The notes under the pieces: model-generated
Seen by the model: only the letters and a program-made list of their open reading frames with translations
What the model was told of the DNA's origin: nothing
Database searches by the model: none
Part shown: positions 23,970-39,714 of the stretch, piece by piece
How positions within the stretch are numbered: the first letter of the stretch is position 1
How the letters are laid out: every line of letters starts with the position of its first letter
Assembly: GCA_037447605.1 (NCBI GenBank)
Contig: CM074807.1
Span: 3,174,829-3,238,828, forward strand
Source of the DNA: Zygnema circumcarinatum SAG 698-1b
Taxonomy: Eukaryota > Plantae > Zygnematophyceae
Length of the DNA stretch: 64,000 nt
Direction: 5' to 3'
Position numbers and translations under genes: made by a program

Positions 23970-24245
23970 ACTTGGGCAGCAACAAAGTTTTGGAGAAATG
24001 TTTCCAGTATTGTACGGCTGCCCAATACACTCATCGGGCATCAAAAACGTTTTGGAAAAAATGTTTCAATGATTGTACGGCTGCCCGATACATTCATCGG
24101 GCAGCAAAAATGTTACTTTACGTATGTTTTGGAGGACTATATGGATGCCCGATGTATTGGAAGGGCAGAAAAAATGTTGGAAAAAAAATATTTTGAGAAC
24201 TGTCAGGCTGCCTAAAATATTTCTCGGGCAGCCAAAATGTTTGAG
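23970..24245. repeat. 63-bp-period array of hairpin-forming units (~4.5 copies)
   Basis: gg(c/a)tgcc...gggca(g) stems begin at 24016, 24079, 24143 and 24206. Confidence 0.75.
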
Positions 24246-24486
24246 TGGGTGACGACAAACGACGACATACGACATGACAGCTGACACGATCCATCAGACA
24301 GCCGACTACCGCTACACGACACACCAAGGTGTACGGTAGGCACATTTAATCGTACATATAGTTAAGACCGTACAGTAGTATCAAATGTCACGTGTACGGT
24401 CAGGATTGATTTTCGTCGATCAGATGTCGGTGCCGCACATGTGTGAGGCCGAGTCGTTGGAAGGAGTCGGGACTCTGCAGCCGTTA

Positions 24487-24630
24487 CGTCGGGCAGAAAA
24501 AAATATGTCGGGCAGAAAAAAAAGACGTCGGGCAGAGAAAAGGCGTCGGGGAACCAAAAAAAGACTGTGGGCAGAAAAAAAAATATGCGGGCAGAAGTGG
24601 GAGAGCAACCGTGGGGCAAAAAAAAAAAAA
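24487..24630. repeat. Short tandem repeat (gtcgggcag-A-tract, ~19-21 bp, ~6 copies)
   Basis: Repeated gtcgggcagaaaaaaa-like units. Confidence 0.75.
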
Positions 24631-24699
24631 TGGTCACAAATTGGTTTTTTACCGGTCGTACGGAACAAACTGTGGTTTCGTTTTGCAAACCGACACCGC

Positions 24700-25541
24700 C
24701 AGGGTTCGTCAAATAGGGGATTTCGGCTTAAGATAGGGGACTGTCCCCTAAATTGGTTTTGTAAAAACACGTAAATATGGACTGTACGGACGAAACCGTA
24801 CACGTACGGACGAGACAGGAATACAGGAAGACAGGAATTGTTTGGGAGAAAGACGAGTTTCGAAAGAGGTTGATAGACTTTTCATTGGAAGGCGTTCTTC
24901 ACTGCAAACAGTTTGATAGTTTGACCGCTCTTCGAGGGTCTCTTTGAGCAGTTTGCATCACTTCTATAGCTGTCTTGTTCAGCCTAAAACTCCTAAGGGA
25001 GTGGAACCATTTTTCATTTAATTTCTAATTTTAGTTCCTATTTCAGTTTTTCTTTTGTGACTACACCTAGAATTTCAGAGGTTATGATTTGGAATAAAGT
25101 TTTTGTGAGGAAATTTCAAGACTATGATGGATTCTAAAGTGATACTTGGAGTAATTAATGATGGATGGAAAAGGAAATAGAGAGCTTAGGATTGGATCTA
25201 CAAAATTTTCGAGCAATTGGGTTTTTGAATAAGCAACTATATGTTGTGATTGCCAAATGCACAGTTGTTCTAATTGATTGGTAAAATTTACCAATCTATA
25301 AGAGTCGAAGAGGTTGCACCAGTTTCTAAAGCCGTGTTGTTATACCAACAAGTAAAGTTCATATACATCATTGCTATCGTGGTTGCAAATGCAATTCATT
25401 TCCTTTTTGTTTTTAACCAAAAAAATGCTTTTTTGGGACTTGTGTGGTATTTAAGTTGAAATCACGTAAACTAATCTCAAAATCTTACATAAATAAGCTA
25501 TTTACGATATTTAGGGGATCTCCCCTATTTGACGAACCCTG
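24700..25541. mobile_element. Non-autonomous hAT-type DNA transposon, 842 bp
   Basis: Perfect 21-bp TIR cagggttcgtcaaatagggga / tcccctatttgacgaaccctg; 8-bp TSD gacaccgc / gacatcgc (one mismatch); no transposase ORF. Confidence 0.88.
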
Positions 25542-26276
25542 GACATCGCCCTTTGTCGGGTTTGAGTTTGTACGAATGAAGATGTTGTACGGCATTACAC
25601 GGACCCAAATAATGTACGGTTTCCTGATTCTCAACAAGCGTACGAGTCTTAGTTTTTGTTCCAGTTTTACTTCTAGTTCAAGTTCTAGTTTAGTTCTAGC
25701 CTTTTAGTTTTAGTCCTTAGGTCCTTTGCGACCAATTCCTCGTGGTTCATCATGTTGAAGCTGTCCATGTACATTTGATGGCATCATCGCCATCGCGATC
25801 AATGCCACTTCCACTCCCGTTCTAGTTTAATTGCAGTACAAACCTAAAAGACCGTACCGTCCTGCAGGCGCCAAAACGCTGTAAAACTGTCATGTTGAGC
25901 GTCAAGAGTTAAGTCAGACAGAATTTAATACTGTGAGATCGATGCCAATTCACTCTTGCACAATCGAGGTTGCATTCTGCAACATAGATCGAGCAGCATA
26001 GATCGAGATGATTCTAACAGATTCAGAGAACAGCCAACAAAAAAAGGGGGTTACTCTAGGAGTAAATATGAAGTATATCCCGCCACTAACCAATATGGAC
26101 GCGGCAACAATCTTATAATGAATTGACATCGTTTCTAAGAAAATATGTACATGATCCTCCCCAACTTCGCCATCATCGCCGATATTGTCAGCATCAACAT
26201 CATCATCATCATCATCACCATCCTCGTCGGCATCACCAATACCAAAATCGCTGCCACCCGGACATGTTTGCATGCC

Positions 26277-29200
26277 CTAAACGATGAGACCGGCAACGGG
26301 CGGCGCATCTGCTGGCAGCCCCAATGGCGGATTTTGACAGCTTGAATTGTCGACCCGGAAGAGCTCCCACACTTTGATGCCGCAGCGCTCCAGCGCCGCC
26401 TCCACTGCCGGCTGCTTCTCTTTGCCGGGCCATAGACCGTCCTCCGTGAGAAGCACCGCCCCCGTATACGACTGTCCAGCAGCAGATGCCGCACCACTGC
26501 ATGCATGCATGCATAGGCACAGGAGCAAAGCACAAATTAGTCACTTTCTGAAATCATAAGCAAGAGCTGTCATTCTTTGAAGCCTCGTATGTGCGAAGTA
26601 GTTGTTTCTTATATCTAACTAAGAGTTTCTTTGGCTTTAACAAGAACGGATTCATAAGGGAAGCTGTAGCACAACATCGATAAAGAAAATCCCTTATGCA
26701 ATACTGCATGTATTCTTACGGTGTCGAGAAGGGACTCTCACGATTTTAAGCCTCCTAATATCATACATGGCGTTTCCAGACGAGCATTGGAGTTAGAAAG
26801 GACTATGTGATTCGATAAATTGTCATCTAAACCCATTGTGATTCCCCACTGCAGATTTAGAGTGGGGGTCAGCGAGAGGACTTGCCTGTAATAGAAGAGA
26901 GCCCAGCTGAAATCATCCGCTACATGCACAACGCGCCAAAACTCTCTGGAAGTCACTCCGTTGTCCAGAACTGAGAACCAAAACGTTCCCGGCTCCGCCG
27001 CCCGTTTCACACGATAGTGCCGTCGACGCCACACGGAATCACCATCCAGAGTTCGAACCTACACGTCAAAATGCAGTGGGAAAAAAACCTCCTTTTCTCA
27101 ATAGAACAAATACATCCAGGTGATAGAACAGAGCACAGGCACCTATTCTTGTGCCTTTTGGAATGTAGGAAACGGAACAAGCGGGTGGAAAGTTACTGAC
27201 CATGAACACAGGGTCGTACCAGAAGGAGCCTCTTGCCTTCCCTCGATAGAAAATTTGATACTGACATGGAAACTGGTCATAGGCAGCATTTTGGCCAGCC
27301 ACCACACGCCAGCTGTACTCCTTTTTTCCTAACCAGCCAATGAAAATGCTTTCTGCCAGCTCGTGTGTAAGTGGCTCTCCCCTGAAAGCCGCCATTGGCT
27401 GAACGTCCGGCCGCATTCGGATTTCTGCATCGAGCCCAAGGCAGTTGTGTTTTTGCAGGATGCAGAGAGAAAAGGCCTCCAGTTGCGGACTCTCATAGGA
27501 TACTATACAACGGTAGCTGCACACCTGGCACTCACCCATCGGAAACCATTCATCATCATCAGCCATTAGAAATTAGAACTAGAAATTTCACTGGAACTTG
27601 GCCATCTTCAACTAAGAAGTTTGCATTAGACTCCTTCCCATTCGAAGGAAATCACTGAAACTCTTACTTTCTTCCAGCCTGTACTCAATTGGGTTTTAAG
27701 TCTAAGATTTGGTGTTAGGGTCTTGTTAAGAGTTCTGAATCTAACGTTGAGAACGTCTTTGCCCCTGAAATCAGGTCCATGGGATGAGGTGGTACCTGAT
27801 CTGTGGGTCCGCAGCTATTAAGGCAGCCAATCGCTTTCCGACAACTCGGATCACTGAGGCAAGCCAAAATTTGAGATCCGCAGTTGGAGACCATGCATTG
27901 AAGGGCTGAAAAATCTTGTGCTCGGAGGTTCTGTAACATGGGGACCTCTTTCACATACGCATTCACCAGCGCAAGGATGGCAAACCAAACATCGTCGGGA
28001 TTTTCACGGCCCCAAGCCTCCGTCACCATCTTCATCACCTGCCGGTAATCCACACATTAAGAAAGAAGGTTAAAGAGCGACTGACAATTCGTGGTCCTAA
28101 ATCACTTTTACCGACAAAACTGATGTCAGCCTCAGGCAAATACAAGCAATAAGGAGTCCCACCTTAAAACTCTCGGAAGCTTTTGGCCAAAATCCAGCTT
28201 TCATCACCGCCATTTCCGCAGCTGACAGCTGTCCTATAGCCAGGCCTCCCAGCCGATTTCTTGCAAGCAGCTCTTGACTTTTACCAAGGTATACACTTGT
28301 CTTCACAAGATCCATTAGACGGCCTATAGGCTCCACAGAAGCCTCTGATTGGATCTCTACAACCAATAATATATCTGCTTTCTTGAGGGAAGTCAGAATG
28401 CCATTGATAGGCTGCTCTCCAACGTTTTGAGCGGCCCCGTTGAGCTCGGCATCCAAGAATATGAGCATCTCATAGCCAGGGTCTATCCAGTTTATACGTC
28501 GTGCCTGTGTGCATTCCAAGTAGTACATGTTACTGAAAGAGTAGGAACTATGGCCTAGGCTTGAGCTATCCTCCCACAGATGGCAAATGGGTGTCACGCA
28601 CTCACCATGTGTCGCATGACCTCCTCCCATTCAACGCCATCGAAAGGACTGATACTTCCTTTCTCTACAACTGCGACTATTTTCGCGGTAGCTCCGTCGG
28701 TGAAAGCCTGTTCGTATCCAGAAATTTCTGGAGGCGACAGCGCCTCTTCTGTGCTTTCCTCAATCACTGGTTCGGCAGCCGAGGCGCTGCGACGAAATGC
28801 GTTTGACATATTCTGCAGATGTTTATATCGGCCATGGCGCGCAGACAGGCACTCTGAACGGCCACAACAGAGGGTTCACTCTGTCAGCATTCATTTGTCA
28901 GTGAATTGAATAAAGGTTGTGTACGATAAAGTTCTGTAAACAATGAGAGTGCCATGAATAGCAAAACACCCAGTAAGAATTCGTCGTTTCATAAAAGATA
29001 TGGAATATGTGGCTGAAAAATCAAGTTATGATTAGGGCATCCTACCCGAAAAGGCTCTCTTCATGTAACCCGACAGCTTCAGAGTGGTTGCTTCTTTCCT
29101 GCAGCCCATGGCAGTATGATCCATATGACAGTCTGATTACGCAGAGAACGGTCAAACGCAGAAAGTACTATGTATCAGAGAACAGCTTTGGTTACCTGAA

Positions 29201-29565
29201 ATTTTCTATCCCTGCAAGGCCTTGTGAAAACTCCATAGGAAGTTCCACAGACATAGGACAATTCCATAACAGTAGATCTATTGAAACAGTACAAACTACC
29301 TTGGTTCATCTTACCTTTGAAATGAAGTACTTGTACATTGCACGACGTCTGGGGAGTCAAACAAGCAAAAAGATTGAGAAACATCAGCGAAGAAAAACAG
29401 CAGAGTTGAGAATAGACAATCGGATAGCAGAAATGAATGTAGGCTCCTATTTATTGACACATTCATGAGCATCCCTCAGCGAGCCCTCAGACAACCGGCA
29501 AGATAGAAGATAGATATACCATCACGCATGACGCAAGAAAAGTTTGGAGCTGAAGTAGCAGCCAT
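26277..29565 (-). CDS. VDR: Violaxanthin de-epoxidase-related protein, 7 exons
   Basis: Cys-rich region CMVSNCGSQILACLSDPSCRKAIGCLNSC..DQVCSYRCIVSYES; lipocalin-like region WRVVAGQNAAYDQFPCQYQIFY, WRRRHYRVKR, SVLDNGVTSREFW, GAASAAGQSYTGAVL. Probable ATG at 29565, phase-compatible with the next exon. Confidence 0.92.
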
Positions 29566-31080
29566 CGCAGCCGTGCCGCCCAAAGCCTTAATACGCAATA
29601 TTTACTTTTCCTGGAAAATAACAACACTTTTCCTTCTCCTTTCACGGTTCTGCAAGTATACGCCCTTTCCCTTCCCCTTCCCAGAGCAGTTCCGAATGTT
29701 GCTATCTGCAGGCGGCCATGGCTGCAGCTCCAAGCTCCCTCAGCTTTCTATATTCAAGTGAACCTTCAATGGCATCGACCAATCGAAGTCCGGCACGTGG
29801 AGTGTCTTGTAACGTGGCGATCTGTGAGTGGCTCTTGCATTTCGTGGTCTTTTGGATTGCCGCCCTTGAGCTCGCTTTTTCCGGACAGCGTTTGAGTATC
29901 AAAACATAGAGTCCGTACTATGCAAATCCTTTTAAATACAGGAATGGGCTGTTGCAAAATACGTTATCAGAAATGGCTGACTTGGACCACTTTTAGCGGG
30001 TGGATTGAGAAGTTAATTAGATGCAGTAATGTGCAAGTGTCTTTCCACGTGTCGGCCGCCTACTAGCCCGTTCATCATTAGAACGAGTATCTATCAAGAA
30101 GATATTGTGGGTGGCGTCACTTGCCTTGATTATGCAAGTTTTTACCGCAGCTTCTATGGTACGGAAGGGGAAAAAAATAATATCGGACTGTCGATATCTA
30201 AATATCGAGTACTACGATGCATATCGAATATTGAAATATCGAAAGTGCTGACCGATGAAGGTGCCCAACCAGCAGATGTCGAATTTCGGAAATTTTTTTT
30301 TGGCTGTGTTGTCGGAAGGCCTTTCATTCTTCGTTTGCTCTTGAGTTCTGTGAACACTGGTACACGTCTCATCGTGAATTTCGAATAGGTTAGTTTTCCA
30401 AAGTAATCCATTTCCCATCATAAAGAATTGGACTGGAAAAAATCAATCAGTATGAAACAACTGCATCCAAAAGTGAAACTGAAGGCGCTTTTTGGGTTTC
30501 CTCACACCAGACAGATGAATGGTGAAAGAGGTGCCTCATGCTCCAATCTTGGCTGTTGGGTTATTCCACAAGCCCATTACAGCAGGCCTCCACCTCCTCC
30601 ACCTCCACCCACTTCCACCTGATCTAACCAACTCAAAAGACAGGCTCCATCAAGCTCCACTTTAAGGGCACCTTCCTGACCTGCACCCTGCCTTACACAA
30701 TTGGCCCAAAGGCGAATGCGGGAGCTGCCCTGTCTGTTATTCTCCTGTCTGCAGCACTTCCAGACCTCGTGGCGCTCACGTCTGGAACTCAATATTCACA
30801 TACAATGAGCAAGGACGTTCCCAAACCCTAGACAGAATTACTCAGTAAATTGACGGGATTCGGCTTCCAATTCTTCCTCTCCCTGCAATACTGTGCACCA
30901 GCGAAGCATCGAACATCGGCAGGATGCTGTCGCAGGAGCATCGAATGGTTAAAGTAACAAAAGTTGAACAATGAAGTGCAAAGACGAGCTTTCTCTGATC
31001 AGTGGCTATCTTTGACAAGTCTGCCCTTCATATTCACACGTTTTCGTACAATCTGCACAGGTAACCCGTGCTTCTCCCGT

Positions 31081-32970
31081 TCAATTTTGCAGTCCAGCAC
31101 GTCGCTCGATGTAAGAACCGGAAAGCCCTGATGTTCCGAGAAGACTAACCTGCACCCCACTCATCGCTTATCAATAGAGGTTATAGCATCAAAACGGAAA
31201 AGTACCGAAACATTACGTAAATAAAGCATGTCATCATTATCTTACTGTGTGAACTCAAGCAAGAGTAGCTGCAGACGCGCCTAAAGTAGGAAACCGCTGC
31301 AATCGGAATGAGGATCTTCTTCATTCCAAAACTAGCAGGAAAGCCAAAACCATTCCTTCGAGAGGAAGAGAGATAGAGGACGAGGGGAGAGAGGGAGGGA
31401 GGGAGTGAGGGCAGACCAGATACCTTTCCCCATTCAGATTCTAGACCGCTGCAGCGCTGCTTCACAGTCAAGAGGCTGCCGCCAAGTTCAACTTCCACCT
31501 TCTTTTTAAGCCATATCTCATCGGCATCAAAGGCTGCCAAATAATTGAAATAACGCTCAAGAGAGCTCTTAAGTGCATTCCTCAACGGCTCTGGGATGTT
31601 TGCCACTGCCTGCAATGAACGTAAAATACAGGCATTGGCTTTCCCATTCATCCAGATACCATAGACCAGATAAACCAGGGGAAAAAATCCAAAGTAACCC
31701 CCATGCAAACATCATTGCCCAACTCCACCTGTCAAGCATCGGCTGACAGCAAAACTAATTACAACATTTTGAAACTGAAAGCATGGTTTCAAGCAACAGT
31801 ATATCAAACTAATGAGGGAACCGGACAGTCCCAGCCCCAGCCCCAGCCCCAGCCCACACCTCGCTGTGAATCGACTTCAGATTTCTTAGGTTAAAAGTAT
31901 GACCAAATGGATGTAACCTCCATTTCCTGGCAGTGTACTGGCTTCAAACCACTCACTTCTCCTCCAAACTTGCCTCCACTCAGTTCATCCAGCTCCATCC
32001 TCAAATGCTCCATTTTCTCTCCAAACGTCTCCGCTGCTTGCGCTGCAGACCATGCACTTTGCAAAGTCTTCTTTCCCTCTTCGTCGCTGCATAACCCACA
32101 ACATTCGCCGCACTGACAATAGGTCAAACATGGTAATCTACTTTTATGATTGTTTTTCAGAAAAAATCTTTAAGTGCTCATTTCATAATGATACATCCAG
32201 GGCAACTTCTGTGGTGGTGAAGGAAAGCAGCAACTTCTACATAGTCTTCAATTCAAACTTTTCAGCTTCCCCCAAGTGCATATGTTGTATATGGGAACCC
32301 AAAACGAACTAACCTAAAACATCACTCTCACTCTCTCTAAAACGAGAGGGCCATCTGACAGGCGGGTGCTGAACAAGGACCTGGAGGTTGCAAGCGCCTT
32401 CTCGACCTCGTCCCTCACTTCATCTTCAATCTCAAGCCATGGATGCGCCACAAGAAGGTTCAGCGCTTTCGCTATCTTCTGATCATGCACAGTTGGAAGC
32501 TCGCTTAGGTCCGAGGTGATCCATCTTTTTTGCCCTAAACTGTAACGATCGCCCTCTGGAGCCAGACCTGCCAGCATTCATATTATAAAAATTTGGGAAA
32601 GACGAAAGACGAAAAATAACTTCGCATAGCCATCGTATAGAGGCGTGAGAATAGAAGAAACAGAGAATAATAACCTGAAAACAAGGGCAACAAAGAACAG
32701 CAAGGAGGAATACCTTATGTCTAGTATTTCCTGAATGATATTATCTGTGTCAATGATGCAAATAGAGGTTTCAGGTGTTAGCAAGGACGTACCTAGCGAG
32801 TTGCGACCGCCATGGAGAAGGCTTGGAGCAACTGTGTGGAGCGAGGACCTCCCGGTGGGAGGAGTTGAGCCAACGGAAGCGCCCTCCCTTGAAGCGAGCT
32901 CTGGCAGGAGGCGGAAGGCCGTGCGCCGCCACCTACCAAGCTTGAGAGCTCGGCCAACCATGGCTGCCAT
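31081..32970 (-). CDS. SDH5: Succinate dehydrogenase subunit 5, mitochondrial (plant-specific), 5 exons
   Basis: Arg-rich presequence-like N-terminus. C-terminus LKKKVEVELGGSLLTVKQRCSGLESEWGK / VSLLGTSGLSGSYIERRA matches plant SDH5. Confidence 0.9.
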
Positions 32971-33174
32971 GGCTGCCTTGCAGCTCCCTCTTGCAGGCCG
33001 AAGCGCGCCCTCTCCCAGAGCTTGAAGCAGCAGCTGTACGGACAGGTGGGGTGGCGCCGCATGGCCATGGATGGGGGGGGCATGCGACGCATGACTGGTC
33101 GGACCATGGGATCGCCAACTATTGGCCAACACATTGGACGGCAATGGTTGGCCGACCAATGGTTCACGACCATT

Positions 33175-33458
33175 AGGGGGAGTCAGACCTTGACCATCGC
33201 CCGCGGAATTGAAAGATTCCGCCGGCGGAAAGGTATTGATTTCGAATGCAGAATTCGGTTCGGAAACCGCGGCTCCCCCCGAACCTGTCTGTCCCGTCCG
33301 TACTTCGAGATACTGTAGGTTCTAAAAATGAGATACAGGCTCGGCGCCCGAGCCTGTCGAACGTCCACTTTTGGCGAAAAAGGCCTGCCGTACAACGCGG
33401 AATTGGCCCGACGGGCTCGCGGAATTGGTTTGGCGATGGTCAAGGTCTGACTCCCCCT
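33175..33458. mobile_element. MITE family A, copy 2, with 3-bp TSD ATT
   Basis: Perfect 27-bp TIRs; flanks gacc[att]...[att]ggcaatgg reconstitute gaccattggcaatgg. Confidence 0.92.
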
Positions 33459-33666
33459 ATTGGCAATGGTTAGCTGGGGTGGTCAATCATTCCAATGGTT
33501 GATCCAACGGTCCGACCTGTGCAAGCCTTCATGTGACCATGACCATATGGCATCGGCGCTTGTTGGGAATTGTCCGAGTGCCCTGTGTAGCTGTGTACCA
33601 AACCTCGTACGGGTGTGCGCGGAAGGTCGTGGCGGGCCTGTACCTGTCGGGCGAGGTCAGGTTAGT

Positions 33667-35275
33667 GCTGGCAACGACCGGTTGTTCGCAATGGCTGAAA
33701 ACCAACCATTGAATCCAATGGCTGGCAATCAACCGTTGTATGCAATGGCTGGCAACCGACCACTGTATCCAATGGCTGGCAACCATCGGTTGTTTGCAAT
33801 GGCTGGCAACCAACCACTGAATCCAATGGCTGGCAATCAACCGTTGTATCTAATGGCTGGCAACCGACCACTGAATCCAATGGCTGGCAGCCACCGGTTG
33901 TTTGCAATGGCTGGCATCCAACCATTCAATCCAATGACTGGCAATCAACCGTTGTATAAAATGGCTGGCAAGTGGCAACCGACCACTGAATACAGGCGGG
34001 CAACCAACAGTTGTATGCAATGGCTGGCAACCGACCACTGAACCCAATGGCTGGCAATCAACCGTTGTATGCAATGGCTGGCAACCGACAACTGAATCCA
34101 ATGGCTGGCAACCACCGGTTGTTTGCAATGGCTGGCAACCGCCCACTCTATCCAATGGCTGGCAACCACCGGCTGTTTGCAATGGCTGGAAACTGACCAT
34201 TGCACCCAATGGCTGGCAGTCAACCGTTGTATCCAATGGCTGGCAACCGACCACTGAATCCAGGCGGGCAACCAACAGTTGTATGCAATGGCTGGCAACC
34301 GACCACTGAATCCAATGGCTGGCAACCACCGGTTGTTTGCAATGGCTGGAAACCAACCATTGCACCCAATGGCTGGCAATCGATCACTGAATCCAGGCGG
34401 GCAACCAACAGTTGTATGCAATGGCTGGCACCCGACCGCAGTATCCAATGGCTGGCAACAACCGGTTGTTTGCAATGGCTGGCAACCGACCACTGTCTCC
34501 AATGGCTGGCAACCAACAGTTGTATGCAATGGCTGGCAACCAACCAATGAATCCAATGGCTGGCAACCCCCCACTCTATCCAATGGCTGGCAACCACCGG
34601 CTGTTTGCAATGGCTGGAAACCGACCAATGCACCCAATGGCTGGCAGTCAACCGTTGTATCCAATGGCTGGCAACCGACCACTGAATCCAGGCGGGCAAC
34701 CAACAGTTGTACGCAATGGCTGGCAACCGACCACTGAATCCAATGGCTGGCAACCACCGGTTGTTTGCAATGGCTGGAAACCAACCATTGCACCCAATGG
34801 CTGGCAGTTCATCACTGAATCCAGGCGGGCAACCAACAGTTGTATGCAATGGCTGGCACCCGACCGCAGTATCCACTGGCTGGCAACCACCGGTTGTTTG
34901 CAATGGCTGTTAACCAACCATTGAATCCAATGGCTGGCAATCAACCGTTGTATGCAATGGCTGGCAACCGACCATTGAATCCAATGGCTGGCAATCAACC
35001 GGTGTATACAATGGCTGGCAACCGGCCACTGTATCCAATGGCTGGCAACCATCGGTTGTTTGCAATGGCTGGCAACCAACCATTGAATCCAATGGCAGAC
35101 AATCAACCGTTGTATGCAATGGCTGGCAACCGACCACGGAATCCAATGGCTGGCAGCCACCGGTTGTTTGCAATGGCTGGAAACCAACCGTTGAATCTAA
35201 TGGCTGGCAATCAACCGTTGTATCCAATGGCTGGCAACCGACCACTCAATCCAGGCGGGCAACCAACAGTCGTAT
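33667..35275. repeat. 27-bp minisatellite array 1 (~59 units, higher-order structure)
   Basis: Units caatggctggcaa plus a 14-nt variant tail; occasional 25-bp caggcgggcaacc... units. Confidence 0.95.
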
Positions 35276-35542
35276 GTATATATAAGGGCTGTAATCTTAG
35301 AACAACCTCATGAACTACTATCTGTATGCATATACACTTGTATGATCATGCATCTACAAATGAACTTGACGGACTCGTTTGATAGATTTCTGCCCTTGTA
35401 TGGCGACGAGCAGATGACCCGATGCCAACCCTAATCCTGCAGCGCTTGGCCCGAGTGCCCTGTGCAGCTGTGTACCAAACCTCGTACGGGTGTGCGCGGA
35501 AGGTCGTGGCGGGCCTGTACCTGGCGAGCGAGGTCAGGTTGG

Positions 35543-36298
35543 GGCTGGCAACCGATCACTGAATCCAATGGCTGGCAGCCACCGGTTGTTTGCAATGGCT
35601 GGCATCCAACCATTGAATCCAATGACTGGCAATCAACCGTTGTTTAAAATGGCTGGCAACCGACCACTGAATCCAATGGCTGGCAGCCACCGGTTGTTTG
35701 TAATGGCTGCCGTCCAAACATTGAATCCAATGACTGGCAATCAACCGTTGTATAAAATGGCTGGCGACCGACCACTGAATCCAGACGGGCAACCAACAGT
35801 TGTATGCAATGGCTGGCAACCAACCAATGAATCCAATGGCTGGCAACCATCGGTTGTTTGCAATGGCTGGCAACCGACCATTGCACCCAATGGCTGGCAG
35901 TCAACCGTTGTATCCAATGGCTGGCAATCGACCACTGAATCCAAGCGGGCAACCAACAGTTGTATGCAATGGCTGGCACCCGACCGCAGTATCCAATGGC
36001 TGGCAACCACCGGTTGTTTGCAATGGCTGTTAACCAACCATTGAATCCAATGGCTGGCAATCAACCGTTGTATCCAATGGCTGGCAACCATCGGTTGTTT
36101 GCAATGGCTGGCAACCAACCATTGAATCCAATGGCTGGCAATCAACCGTTGTATGCAATGGCTGGCAACCGACCATTGAATCCAATGGCTGGCAATCAAC
36201 CGGTGTATGCAATGGCTGGCAACCGGCCACTGTATCCAATGGCTGGCAACCATCGGTTGTTTGCAATGGCTGGCAACCAACCATTGAATCCAATGGCA
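35543..36298. repeat. 27-bp minisatellite array 2 (~28 units)
   Basis: Same units as array 1, preceded by a copy of the same ~90-bp leader (35451-35540, matching 33573-33663). Confidence 0.95.
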
Positions 36299-37151
36299 GG
36301 CCCTTCCTAGTTCCGGCTCGCATTTGCACAAGGAAACATATGCATGCATGCATGCATTGCTCACATGCATGAATTGGCCCGGCGATTACATGGCGCATGG
36401 TGCAGGAATGGGCCTCGCAGCATGACAAAGAGCAGCGCAAAAGTTTCATACTCCTGTCTCAGCGAAAGTTTTCGTAGAGAGTACGTAAGCATACTCGTTT
36501 CAAAGGTTTTTAAATCTGGTAAACATTTCGTCAAGTGAATGAACTGTTGTCCATACCAACATAGGAAAGTCAGTAAGACTTGCGTCCATGTCATGCTCTT
36601 AAATAAGGTGCGCTGTAACATAAGTGCAATAGGTGTCTCATTCAGACGAATGCAAGCAAAGATGCTCAAATAATAATAAAGCCACAACGTTATAGAACAA
36701 AAAATATCTTCCACATACTTTGGAAGTTTGTGAATTTCTTTTCATATGCACATACAAGAACATTGCGCGGGAAGCATACTTCCAATGTAGACTACTCTCC
36801 TCCCCCTCGCTTCGTATAACATCAACAAAAACTATCTCACAACAACTGCACTACCACACCATACCCTCCTGCAGCTCATTCAAGCCTCTCCTTCACCCAA
36901 GCGACATCCAATCTCCTCCCTCTCTCCTCCCTCTCTCCTCTCCTCCCTCTCTCCTTCCTCTCCTCCCCTCCCTCTCCTCCCTCCTCCCTCCCTTCCCCTC
37001 CCTCTCTCCTCCCTCTCTCCTCCTCTCCTCTCCTCCCTCTCTCCTCCCTCTCTCCTCCCTCTCTCCTCCCTCCTCTCCTCCCTCCTCCTCCCTCCCTCTC
37101 CTCCCTCCCTCCTCCCTCCCTTCCCCTCCCTCTCTCCCTCCTCTCTCCTTC

Positions 37152-39714
<2,563 letters not shown>

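Noticed and set aside
33667-36298. CRISPR array interpretation
   Set aside because: The variable parts are 14-nt tails from a small reused set rather than unique spacers, there are no cas genes, and the context is eukaryotic.
33460-36449. Long repetitive ORFs (MAGNQPLYA, NGWQPTT, VGCQPL) in the minisatellite
   Set aside because: Open frames occur on both strands because the unit is 27 bp. The 25-bp units shift the frame, and no gene structure is evident.
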